From: Gemmatimonadota bacterium
GTDB taxonomy: Bacteria > Gemmatimonadota > Gemmatimonadetes > Palauibacterales > KS3-K002
NCBI GenBank assembly: GCA_039586755.1
Contig: JBDHJU010000011.1
Coordinates: forward strand, 14,412-78,411
Direction: 5' to 3'
DNA: 64,000 nucleotides
A model generated the notes under the pieces. It was given only the letters and a program-made list of their open reading frames with translations. It was not told where the DNA came from and made no database searches. This document shows positions 1 through 7,956 of the stretch, piece by piece. The stretch's first letter is position 1. Each line of letters begins with the position of its first letter. The position numbers were made by a program, and so were the translations under genes.

Positions 1-733
1 TTTCGATTTCTTTCCCGTCGGAGGGCCGCTGGATCTTGCCCCCCGTGGGGCCGCCCACCGAGGCGAGGCGCTCCATCATCAGGTTGGTGATCACGTTCGG
101 GTATGTACCGAACCCCAGATTCTCGATCTGCTCGGCTGGGAACGGGTCCCAACCGGTCGCCCAGATCACAGCCTGAACGTCCAGCTCGATCGTCTCGGTC
201 CCCATATCGAGCTCGATTGCATCGTACGGACATGCCGGCACGCATTTCCCGCATTCGGCTCCCGGGCACACGCTACCGTCGATCGCGTACTGCAGCGGAT
301 GAGCCATCTCGAACGGCAGGTAGATTGCCTTGGTCACCGCCATCCCGAGGTTGAACTCATCAGCTCGCTCCACGGGGCAGGCCTCGACGCACTTGGCGCA
401 GGCCGTGCACTTGGCGTTCACAAAGCGTGGTGTTCGCTGGATGGTGGCTTTGTAGTTTCCGGGGCCGCCGGTGATCTTTTCGACCTGTGACAGCGTCAGG
501 CATCGAATGCGCGGGCTGGTCCTGAGGCGACGAAAGTGAATCTCCAGGCCGCAGGTCGGTGGGCAGAGCTTGGGAAAGTACAGGCTCATCTGAGCCACAC
601 GGCCGCCCAAGTGAGGGTTCTTCTCCACCAACACCACCTCGCAGCCTGCTTCGGATGCCTCGATCGCGGCGGCGATACCGCTTATGCCGCCGCCGATCAC
701 CAGGACCGTTCCCCGCTTCCCGTTTCCGCTCAT
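1..733 (-). CDS. qmoA: QmoA / HdrA-like FAD oxidoreductase, N-terminal part only (gene runs off the left window edge)
   Basis: Absent from the ORF track because it is open to the window edge. My reverse-strand translation from ATG at 733 reads MSGNGKRGTVLVIGGGISGIAAAIEASEAGCEVVLVEKNPHLGGRVAQMSLYFPKLCPPTCGLEIHF...CTACAKCVEACP...CGKCVPACPYDAIEL, with no stop down to base 1. It has a GGGISG dinucleotide-binding fold, an LCPPxCGLE motif and two ferredoxin-type Cys motifs, as in HdrA/QmoA. It lies downstream of aprBA as in aprBA-qmoABC loci. ATGA start/stop overlap with the upstream gene. Confidence 0.7.
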   Translation of the reverse strand, partial: MSGNGKRGTVLVIGGGISGIAAAIEASEAGCEVVLVEKNPHLGGRVAQMSLYFPKLCPPTCGLEIHFRRLRTSPRIRCLTLSQVEKITGGPGNYKATIQRTPRFVNAKCTACAKCVEACPVERADEFNLGMAVTKAIYLPFEMAHPLQYAIDGSVCPGAECGKCVPACPYDAIELDMGTETIELDVQAVIWATGWDPFPAEQIENLGFGTYPNVITNLMMERLASVGGPTGGKIQRPSDGKEIE

Positions 734-1626
734 GGTTTGTCCTCGTCGCGGGCCGTGGCCGGCTGACTGCTGAATACCTTCCTTTTGTCGAGGCTGCCCT
801 TGAAGGCATCGACTACTTCCGCCTTGGCCTTGACGGTCGGCTCGCCGAAGAGGCTGAACCGCAGCCAGAGGAACGCGAATCGTAGCAGCGCCTCGTCGTT
901 GTAGCGCATCTCTTCGACGAAGTCCTCATCCACATCGAACCGCTGCAGCAGCGTGCTGTCGAAAACGAACTCCCGGAACTTGTCCAGGTCGTAACAGGCG
1001 GTGAACAGCATGTGCATCTTCTGCGGCGAGAGGATCCCGCCATCCTCGAAGAACTTGTGGAGCGTCAGCTCCTTGTACGCCTCACCCCACTCGTCGTACT
1101 CGTCGATACCCTGGTCGTCGAGCCACTCGCGAACCGTCCACCGGTGCGACTCCGCGAATCCGCGGCAGCCCTCCTCCTGCAGGAGGAAGTAGAAGCGGTC
1201 ACCACGCCAGCCGTCCGGCGTGTCTTTTTGGGCCGCCAGCCCGAGTGGGTACATGCGGCAAGGCCATGGCCGGTCCGAGTAGACGCCGCAGCCGCCGTCC
1301 GTCAAGAACGGACAGGTCCGCACCTCGTCGTCGTTCATGCGGAGCATGACGACGGGGGTCTTCATGTCCTTCTGGACGGGCAGCAGTGCGTACTGGTCGA
1401 GGAAGTCGCTCGATGTCATCCCCAGGCGTCGCTTCAGGCGCAGGACATCGTACGGGGACAGGAAGATGTTCACGTCGCTGCAGCACTTATTGAAGCAGGA
1501 GACGCCGGGATGGCAGGCGAACTTGAAGGTGTCCTCGGGTCCGAGCCTGGCGTGATCGGTCAGGATTTTCTCCTCCAGGCGGCCATGGGGATCCTCAGAC
1601 GTCGGGGAACGTTGCTCGTCGGTCAT
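730..1626 (-). CDS. YkgJ/UPF0153-type cysteine-cluster protein (putative Fe-S or Zn protein)
   Basis: 298-aa ORF. N-terminal cluster ACHPGVSCFNKCC, then TCPFLTDGGCGVYSDRPWPCRMYP, which matches the C..FL...C.iY..RP..Cr.yP hallmark of the CxxCxxCC (YkgJ) family as I recall it. 4-nt overlaps with both neighbouring genes. Confidence 0.6.
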   Translation of the reverse strand: MTDEQRSPTSEDPHGRLEEKILTDHARLGPEDTFKFACHPGVSCFNKCCSDVNIFLSPYDVLRLKRRLGMTSSDFLDQYALLPVQKDMKTPVVMLRMNDDEVRTCPFLTDGGCGVYSDRPWPCRMYPLGLAAQKDTPDGWRGDRFYFLLQEEGCRGFAESHRWTVREWLDDQGIDEYDEWGEAYKELTLHKFFEDGGILSPQKMHMLFTACYDLDKFREFVFDSTLLQRFDVDEDFVEEMRYNDEALLRFAFLWLRFSLFGEPTVKAKAEVVDAFKGSLDKRKVFSSQPATARDEDKP

Positions 1627-1907
1627 TCATTTTCTCCTTCTTCGTTCTCCACGATCATCTCACGCGTCGCGGAGTCCGACCAGACCGGAATCATCGACGA
1701 GGCGCCAGTTGTGGGATTGACCATATATCGATACGACGCATGTTGACTAAACTGCTGTTCCATCCACTCCCAGCCCTCCCGGTAATACGAGCAGTCGTCG
1801 TTGAAGCAGACGTAGAGGAACTTCTCGGTCCACGTAGCGCCGTCCGGGACGATCCACTTCTTGAGACGCTGACCACAATGTGGACAGTCTCGGGAGATCT
1901 TGACCAT
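1623..1907 (-). CDS. Small zinc-ribbon-like protein of unknown function (94 aa from the internal ATG; the ORF is open to 1997)
   Basis: MVKISRDCPHCGQRLKKW...YVCFNDDCSYYREGWEWMEQQF gives CxxC plus Cx4C, four Cys in total. GAGGA lies 7-8 nt upstream of the ATG at 1907. Its stop overlaps the start of the YkgJ-like gene (ATGA). Confidence 0.5.
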   Translation of the reverse strand: MVKISRDCPHCGQRLKKWIVPDGATWTEKFLYVCFNDDCSYYREGWEWMEQQFSQHASYRYMVNPTTGASSMIPVWSDSATREMIVENEEGENE

Positions 1908-2080
1908 CGGTATCCTCGATCGATTACTGGTTGCCGTGGGGATCCGTGCGCAGTCGATCACCTTGCCGGTATGGCTCGAAGAAACAACGCCTGACATAGG
2001 ACAAGCCTGGGAGTGTGGAGCGGCCGGAACCTTCGAGCGTCGTGCCGTGACGCCCGAAGATCCCGGAGCTCGTGAACTAC

Positions 2081-3082
2081 CTAACTCGTGATGTACTTGA
2101 CGGGCTTCTTCATCATCGTCCAGTCGCCCGTGCCCCTGTCGTACTTGCAGTTGCAGAAGGCAAGCCAGTTCTTGTCGTCCATGCTCGGTTTGTCAGCGCG
2201 GAAGTAGTAGCCCGGCCAGCGGGTCTCCTCCCGGAACAAGATCGAGCGCATGTGGGCATCGGCCTGGTACATGCGGTGGACGTTCTCCCAGCAGCGCATC
2301 AGCTCGTGCAGGTTGGAGGCCGCCAGCTTCTCGGCATCTTCCTTCAGGAAGCTCAGCAGCTCCATGCCCTTTTCGAGCAGCTTGTCGCTGGTCTTGAACT
2401 GGCTGGACACACCACCCGCGTACTCGTCCATGATCTTCTGCAAGCGGTACATGAACTGCTGCGGGCGGATGTAGTTGGGGTTGATATCCGGGTCAGTGGT
2501 CATGCCACTGTACTCCTCGAACGTTGCCATGGGCCTGAGGATCTCTGCCGTCAGCGCGTCGACCTGGCCCTGATCCAGGTTGGGGGCCTGGTTGTTGTCG
2601 ACGATGTAGGAGATCGCGGCCTTGGCTGCGATACGACCCTCGGCATGTGAGCCGGAGGAGAACTTGTGGCTCGAGGCTCCTGAGGCGTCGCCGGCGGCGA
2701 ACATCCCGTTGACCGTGGTCATGTGCGGGTAACCCCAGAAGTAGTCGTCCTTCGTGTCGGCGGTCTGCAGATCCTCCGGACCGGAGACCCAGGCGCCGGA
2801 GGCGCCGGAGTGCGACCCGATGAAGTAGGGATCACAGGCCATGATCTCGGAAGCCTTCTTCTCGGGCTCGACGTTCGTGGCGGCCCAGAGGATCGCCTGC
2901 GAGATCGTCATGTCGAGGAAGTCCTCCCAAGCTTCGGCCTCGCGGGTGCCTCGTCGGCGATCTTCTTGATCGCGTCGGAGGTCTGCATGTAGATCGGGCT
3001 CTTGCCGTCCATCACGTCCAACATCATCAGCCAGTTGCGGATATTGGCAGGACGCGGCTTCACCTTGCCGTAGGGCTCCCAC
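2081..3082 (-). CDS. aprA: Adenylylsulfate (APS) reductase alpha subunit, C-terminal fragment (the real AprA sequence begins near AEAWEDFLDM)
   Basis: From EAEAWEDFLDMTISQAILWAATN...FAAGDASGASSHKFSSGSHAEGRIAAKAA...RWPGYYFRADKP the translation is typical AprA. The N-terminal 40 or so residues of this ORF are out-of-frame read-through. Confidence 0.9.
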   Translation of the reverse strand: MGALRQGEAASCQYPQLADDVGRDGRQEPDLHADLRRDQEDRRRGTREAEAWEDFLDMTISQAILWAATNVEPEKKASEIMACDPYFIGSHSGASGAWVSGPEDLQTADTKDDYFWGYPHMTTVNGMFAAGDASGASSHKFSSGSHAEGRIAAKAAISYIVDNNQAPNLDQGQVDALTAEILRPMATFEEYSGMTTDPDINPNYIRPQQFMYRLQKIMDEYAGGVSSQFKTSDKLLEKGMELLSFLKEDAEKLAASNLHELMRCWENVHRMYQADAHMRSILFREETRWPGYYFRADKPSMDDKNWLAFCNCKYDRGTGDWTMMKKPVKYITS

Positions 3083-3939
3083 TTGTCGAGCTCGGCGGCG
3101 TTTTCCTGCATATAGTTGCCGCCCTCGGCGTTCGTCGCGATCGACTTGAAGAGCAGGAACCAGGCACCCACCGGGCCGTACGCGTCCTTGAACCGTACGG
3201 GGATGAAGCGAACTTCCTGGCAGGTCATCTCGGCACCGCCGTAGATCGTGAAGAAGGCGCTGGCGCCGGAGTTGAACGGCGGGTACCAGGAGCGGCCGAA
3301 GCCCTCACCGGTCGAACGCGGCTTGAACACGTGCACCGCACCGCCCATGGCGACCAGCGTGGCCTTTGCCTTGAACACGTAGATCTTATTCTCTCTGACG
3401 CTGAAACCGATCGCGCCCACGCACTTGTCGCCGTCCATCAGCGGGTGCGTGATGAACACGCGCTCGAAGTACTCGCCGCCGGCCTCTGCCAGCGCGTTCT
3501 TTGCCGCCTCAGCAACGATGACCTTGTAGGACTCGCCGTTGATCATCAGCTGCCAACGACCCTCGTGGACGTAGTTGCCTTCCTTGTCCTTCCAAATCGG
3601 CAGGCCCCACTTCTCGAACAGGTGGACAGTCGAGTCTACGTGGCGCGCGATGCTGGCCACGAGGTCCTCGCGGGTGATGCCCATGAGGTCGTTGCGGACG
3701 TAGTCGATGTAGTCCTTAAGACTGTTGTTGCCGCTGTTAAGGTCCACGTACTGGTTAATGGCCGACAGGCCCATGGCCACCGCTCCCGAGCGGTCCATGG
3801 CCGCCTTGTCCACCACGGTGACCTTCAACCCGTTCTTCTTCGCCCAATAGGACGCTTCGACCGCCGCTCCGCATGCGGCCATACCGCCGCCGCAGATAAG
3901 CAGATCGGTCTCAACCGTTACGGTCTCAAAATCCGGCAT
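2908..3939 (-). CDS. aprA: Adenylylsulfate (APS) reductase alpha subunit, N-terminal fragment (frameshifted relative to 2081-3082)
   Basis: MPDFETVTVETDLLICGGGMAACGAAVEASYWAKK... has the FAD-binding fold. It looks AprA-like through IYMQTSDAIKKIADE, then 11 unrelated residues and a stop. Confidence 0.9.
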   Translation of the reverse strand: MPDFETVTVETDLLICGGGMAACGAAVEASYWAKKNGLKVTVVDKAAMDRSGAVAMGLSAINQYVDLNSGNNSLKDYIDYVRNDLMGITREDLVASIARHVDSTVHLFEKWGLPIWKDKEGNYVHEGRWQLMINGESYKVIVAEAAKNALAEAGGEYFERVFITHPLMDGDKCVGAIGFSVRENKIYVFKAKATLVAMGGAVHVFKPRSTGEGFGRSWYPPFNSGASAFFTIYGGAEMTCQEVRFIPVRFKDAYGPVGAWFLLFKSIATNAEGGNYMQENAAELDKWEPYGKVKPRPANIRNWLMMLDVMDGKSPIYMQTSDAIKKIADEAPARPKLGRTSST

Positions 3940-3989
3940 TTTTCGTTGTCTCCTTCTTTTCGTCGTCCGAAGAGATCAAGTGTCGCCGA

Positions 3990-4457
3990 CTAGAGCGTTG
4001 GGACCTTGTCCATCTTGACCGGGCCGCGCTCCGTGTTGAGGCCCTGCGGCTCGCACATCAGCGTCGCGCTCTTCAGGTCATCGTCGCCTGTCGGATAGTG
4101 ATCGAACGGCTGAGCCTTACCTTCCTCGACGCCCCTGCGGATCGGGAACTTGAAGCGTTTCGGCTTGATGTCCTTACTGCGGAACTGCAGGGTCCACATG
4201 ATGTCCTCGCTGCTACGCATCGCCGTGACGCTCGCCCCCAGCGGGACGAAGTCCTGGTAACCGCGGACCTCGATAGCCTGCGTCGGGCAGATCTTCACGC
4301 AGCTGTAGCATTCCCAGCACATCTGCGGATCCTGGTTGAAGGCCTTCATGCTATCCTTGTTCAGGACCATGAGATCGTTCGGACAGATGTGCTGGCAGGC
4401 GGTCTTATCGAGCGCCTTGCAACCGTCACACTTGTCCACAATCACGTAACTCGGCAT
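3990..4457 (-). CDS. aprB: Adenylylsulfate (APS) reductase beta subunit
   Basis: MPSYVIVDKCDGCKALDKTACQHICPNDLMVL...MCWECYSCVKICPTQAIEVRGY...DIMWTLQFR shows the characteristic AprB two-[4Fe-4S] ferredoxin domain plus tail. It lies directly upstream of aprA. Confidence 0.93.
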   Translation of the reverse strand: MPSYVIVDKCDGCKALDKTACQHICPNDLMVLNKDSMKAFNQDPQMCWECYSCVKICPTQAIEVRGYQDFVPLGASVTAMRSSEDIMWTLQFRSKDIKPKRFKFPIRRGVEEGKAQPFDHYPTGDDDLKSATLMCEPQGLNTERGPVKMDKVPTL

Positions 4458-4581
4458 CTCCGCGCCTCCTGGTTGAATTGTACGTACGCCTACATCTCTC
4501 CGGGGTGATCGCTAGCGAGTCGCCGAGGGGCTTCCGCGGGGGCGGGAAGCTGTATGTGACTGCTTAGGGTGGGGCTTGTGC

Positions 4582-4628
4582 GATTTTTTTCACGATTCTC
4601 GGCACTTACCGAGATTTTTGTCACGATT
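4582..4628 (-). promoter_or_regulatory. Candidate operator/promoter element upstream of aprBA: two 16-nt direct repeats flanking a small inverted repeat
   Basis: Plus strand gatttttttcacgatt (4582-4597) and gatttttgtcacgatt (4613-4628) match at 15 of 16 positions with a 31-bp period. CTCGG-N6-CCGAG lies between them (4598-4613). This AT-rich patch sits 125-170 nt upstream of the aprB start in an otherwise GC-rich intergenic region. Confidence 0.4.
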
Positions 4629-4772
4629 ACAATCTGGCAAGGTATTCCGCCCCGCGCAAGGAGGGCGAAGAAACATGATACCGTTGTGAGTTTTAGGCCG
4701 GAAACGACCCGCACGAAGCCTCTCTCGGGGCCTAGATCCGGGCCGGTGGGGGCGCTGCCTGGAGCAGGTCGC

Positions 4773-6965
4773 TCAGGAGCCGATTAGCGAGGGGAGGTGG
4801 TTCTCGATCCACTCCTCGACCTCGTCGACGGCGGCTGAGAAGTGGGGTTGGGAGCGCATGGCGTCTGCGAAACCGGCAACGGCCCGGTCGAGATCCTCGG
4901 CGGTCCAGAGTGATAGGCCGTTCGGCAAGTCGGTCGCGGGGATGGAGCCGAACGTGTTGAAGTCGATGACCCTGAGGGGCTCGGCGGTGAAATCGCGCAG
5001 ACCGCCCAGGGTTTTGGCATCGAAAAGGGGTTCTTGGCTGTCGACGCCGAAGTAGACGAAACCTGCATGGGCGATGGCGCGGGCGACGCCGGCCTCGGAG
5101 TACGACTGGACACGCAGGCGCTTCCCGTGGCCGACGGCACTGCGCAGCAGCTTGAGCTGGCCGTGGTGCCTCCTGTAGATCAGGGTCATCTGGCTCTGAG
5201 GTACGTCGAAGTGCTCGGACAGGGCGGAGAGGATCGAACGCGAAGTAGCCGATCCCCCGATGACGACGTGACGACACTCGTCCATGTGGGCGCCGTCGAC
5301 CTCCTGGACCCGTGCCAGGGCGGCCAGACAGAAGCTGGGGCTGAAACGACCCCATGCGGTCTCGGCTCGTACGTCGCGCGCGAGAGCCACGGCGTTTTTC
5401 ACCAGGCAGGTCGCTCGCGGACCTGCCGTGCCGGCGCGTTCGGCGGTCCGGCAGGCCGTCTGCAGCTGCGCCACCACGTCGGTGTCCCCGGGCAGGGCAC
5501 TATTCAGGCCGCAGGCGGTGCGCATCAGATGATGCCAGGCCTCGAAACCGAGCAGTGTGTTCACCTCTAGCCCTTCGGTCTCGGGACCGTACAGTCGGTC
5601 GCGGATCTGCTCGGCGACCCGCTTCCGCGCCGCGGGGTCGCCCGGATCGGCGAGCCAGCCGTAGAACTCGATCCGCTGACAGGTACTCCAGACGAACGCC
5701 TCGCTGATACCGGGCATCTCCCGCACCGAGTCGAGGAAGCCACGCACTTGTTTACGGGTCTTCCTAACCTTGCCGAAAACCCGGGGACGGCTGTACCGCA
5801 TGCGGGGACCGCGGCCGGAACGGACTCCGCCCTCGAACGAGGCGCCGATCATCACCAGCGACTCGGGCTCGCCGTCACAGAGTTCCAACTCCGGCTTCAG
5901 CCTCAGCAGCGGAACGGGCGCCGGCCGATCCGCCGTCACCGGACGCGGCCCCCTGAGCACCAGATTCCTGAGGGCTGCGACGAACGGCTCGGACGCGTTC
6001 AACCCAGGGCACAAGCTGAGTTGGCCGCCCCCCGACTCGAAGACCTCCCGGCATTCCACGTCGATCTCCCCCAGCGTCTCGAACCCGTCGATCGGCGCCG
6101 TGATCGCACTGACCAGCACCTTCTTCTCACCCGCGTCGGCGAGCTCGGCGAGCCTCTCGCTGATATGGGGGCGGAGCGAGCAGAGCGGCGCCGGGTGGGT
6201 CAGGAAGCCTAGCGAGGCCCTTTCCAGCGGCCAGCCCAGTCGGTCGGCGACCAGCCTGACCGTCCGTCTCACCTGACCCGTGTAGAGGGCCCCCCCCTGG
6301 CCCCGCGAGGCCGGCTGGCCGTGAGCGCAAAAGACCAGGTGCGCCTCATCCGGCCACAGGCCCTCCGACGCGGCATAGTCGGCGATAATTCGGGCCTGCG
6401 CTTTGACGTAACCCACGTCGTCATACCAGGTGGATCGAAGCGCCACATTGATGTGCTGCCCCCTGTGCCTCAGCACTCGGTGCAGCTCGCGAAGGATGGT
6501 GCCGGACGTGGCACGGTTGAACTGAGGGTACATCGGCACGACCACCAGATCGTCGATGCCGTCGGCTTCTACCTGGCTCATGACGTCGGCTATCTTCGGC
6601 TGGCCGTAGCGCATGGCCACGTAAACGGCCCAAGCCTCGGGCAGCGCCGCGGCGAGGGCCGAGGCCTGATCCGACATGAGGACCGCCTGCGGAGCTCCGC
6701 GCACGTCCCAGACTTTGCCGTACAGATCGGCTGAGGGGGCAGCCAGGCGCCCGGCCCGCATACGGCCGAGACCCCGCTGAAGCCAGTTCAGCCCCTGAGG
6801 CCACTTGACGAGCGAGGAGTCGGTGAATGACTCCGCCAGCAGCTTGCGCACCGATGGAACGTCGGGCCGATCGGGCGCTCCTAGACCGACCAGCAGGACG
6901 CCCCGGCGTCGCGAAGCCTGTGGTGGGCGATCCGCGCCCAATGACGGCTCTGTCTGGAGGTTCAC
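4773..6965 (-). CDS. Fusion protein: N-terminal ferrochelatase (HemH/class II chelatase) domain plus C-terminal glutamyl-tRNA reductase (HemA)-like domain
   Basis: 730 aa. N-terminal half: VLLVGLGAPD...VVVPMYPQFNRATSG...VFCAHGQPASRG...IDGFETLGEIDVE, a ferrochelatase pattern. C-terminal half: AFVWSTCQRIEFYG (the GluTR catalytic-Cys STCNR-E motif), ALPGDTDVVAQL, and a degenerate VVIGGSATSRSI nucleotide-binding site. Confidence 0.7.
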   Translation of the reverse strand: MNLQTEPSLGADRPPQASRRRGVLLVGLGAPDRPDVPSVRKLLAESFTDSSLVKWPQGLNWLQRGLGRMRAGRLAAPSADLYGKVWDVRGAPQAVLMSDQASALAAALPEAWAVYVAMRYGQPKIADVMSQVEADGIDDLVVVPMYPQFNRATSGTILRELHRVLRHRGQHINVALRSTWYDDVGYVKAQARIIADYAASEGLWPDEAHLVFCAHGQPASRGQGGALYTGQVRRTVRLVADRLGWPLERASLGFLTHPAPLCSLRPHISERLAELADAGEKKVLVSAITAPIDGFETLGEIDVECREVFESGGGQLSLCPGLNASEPFVAALRNLVLRGPRPVTADRPAPVPLLRLKPELELCDGEPESLVMIGASFEGGVRSGRGPRMRYSRPRVFGKVRKTRKQVRGFLDSVREMPGISEAFVWSTCQRIEFYGWLADPGDPAARKRVAEQIRDRLYGPETEGLEVNTLLGFEAWHHLMRTACGLNSALPGDTDVVAQLQTACRTAERAGTAGPRATCLVKNAVALARDVRAETAWGRFSPSFCLAALARVQEVDGAHMDECRHVVIGGSATSRSILSALSEHFDVPQSQMTLIYRRHHGQLKLLRSAVGHGKRLRVQSYSEAGVARAIAHAGFVYFGVDSQEPLFDAKTLGGLRDFTAEPLRVIDFNTFGSIPATDLPNGLSLWTAEDLDRAVAGFADAMRSQPHFSAAVDEVEEWIENHLPSLIGS

Positions 6966-7459
6966 GGCTGGGGTTTGAGCTTGCGATCCTGGCCGATGAG
7001 ATCGGTGATCTGGTCGCGTGTGCGTCTCGCCAGCGCCGGATCGCGTCCATCGGTGAAGACGGCGATCGTGACGTCCTCACTTTGCAGCAGAGCTCCAAAG
7101 ATTACCTGCGAGCGCTCGGCCGATGACGCGTCGCACGCCAGTGCGCCGTTCCGAACTGCAGCTTGGACGACGGCGGCGTTGCGGTCATCCTCATCCGTGG
7201 CGGCGACGGCGAGGAACTTGCTACCCATGTGCTCTTCGCGGAACGAGTCCTGTACCCAGCGGACGCGGCCGGCCTCGATCAGCTGGGCGAGCTCGTCTGT
7301 AACCTCGGGTGATACCACGGTAACGACGGCCCCGGCATGCGTGAGGGTGATGACTTTGCGAGTCCCGACATTTCCGCCACCCACGACCAGGCAGTCCTTG
7401 TTCCGGACGTCGAGTCCTAGCGGCAGAAAGCGTAGCCTGTCCGAGGGGTCGCTGGTCAT
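6962..7459 (-). CDS. sirC: Precorrin-2 dehydrogenase / sirohydrochlorin ferrochelatase-type protein (SirC / CysG N-terminal domain-like)
   Basis: LPLGLDVRNKDCLVVGGGNVGTRKVITLTHAGAVVTVVSPEV...LAVAATDEDDRNAAVVQAAVRNGALAC is the typical siroheme synthase N-terminal Rossmann domain. GTGA overlap with the downstream fusion gene. Confidence 0.75.
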   Translation of the reverse strand: MTSDPSDRLRFLPLGLDVRNKDCLVVGGGNVGTRKVITLTHAGAVVTVVSPEVTDELAQLIEAGRVRWVQDSFREEHMGSKFLAVAATDEDDRNAAVVQAAVRNGALACDASSAERSQVIFGALLQSEDVTIAVFTDGRDPALARRTRDQITDLIGQDRKLKPQP

Positions 7460-7488
7460 GTCCTCCGGGGCCTTCTTATAGTCTCGTT

Positions 7489-7941
7489 TCAGTGGCCGAC
7501 GCTCAATATACCGCTCGCCGCGAGTGTCAGGATGGCAGCCTCCAACAGGGCCATGACCACGTAGGGCGTATCTCGTTTCTTGATTAGCGTGGGGACGATT
7601 CCCAAGAAGCAGAAGATGGTCACTGCGGAAAGCACGGCGATCCCCAGAAAATTCAGATAGTCACCCTTTCCGATCACGGACAGCCAGGACCATCCGGATA
7701 TCGGGTGCTCATGGTGCAGGTGGTCGTGATTCGTCGCCTCCAGATAGTCGTGGACGTTCATCGTCCAGTACTCGGGGAGTTGTTCCACCGGAACGGCCGG
7801 CGCAACGATGCCGCTGGTGTAAAGGGCAAAGGTCACGAGTAGGAGGGCCAGCCCGAAGTACATGCCGGTCTGGAGGATCTTGGCGTAGAGGAGTTGTTCC
7901 TCGTCAGCGCCAGGGCAATCTACGTTGCCGTTCGTCTCCAT
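7489..7941 (-). CDS. Small polytopic membrane protein, possibly the DUF1634-type partner of TauE/DUF81 permeases
   Basis: 150 aa with about four hydrophobic helices and a His-rich loop (HDHLHHEH). It lies 15 nt downstream of the TauE-like gene. The family assignment is from memory of gene-neighbourhood patterns only. Confidence 0.4.
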   Translation of the reverse strand: METNGNVDCPGADEEQLLYAKILQTGMYFGLALLLVTFALYTSGIVAPAVPVEQLPEYWTMNVHDYLEATNHDHLHHEHPISGWSWLSVIGKGDYLNFLGIAVLSAVTIFCFLGIVPTLIKKRDTPYVVMALLEAAILTLAASGILSVGH

Positions 7942-7956
7942 GTTTACACTCGCTCC

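Noticed and set aside
1012-1746. 244-aa plus-strand ORF overlapping the YkgJ-like gene. The same class includes many other long ORFs in the track, e.g. 5034-5570, 10057-10656, 13936-14832, 18855-19676 and 24495-25346.
   Set aside because: These are antisense or off-frame shadows of genes with clear family signatures. Their translations are Arg/Ala/Gly/Pro-rich low-complexity text, typical of spurious ORFs in GC-rich DNA, and they have no start context.
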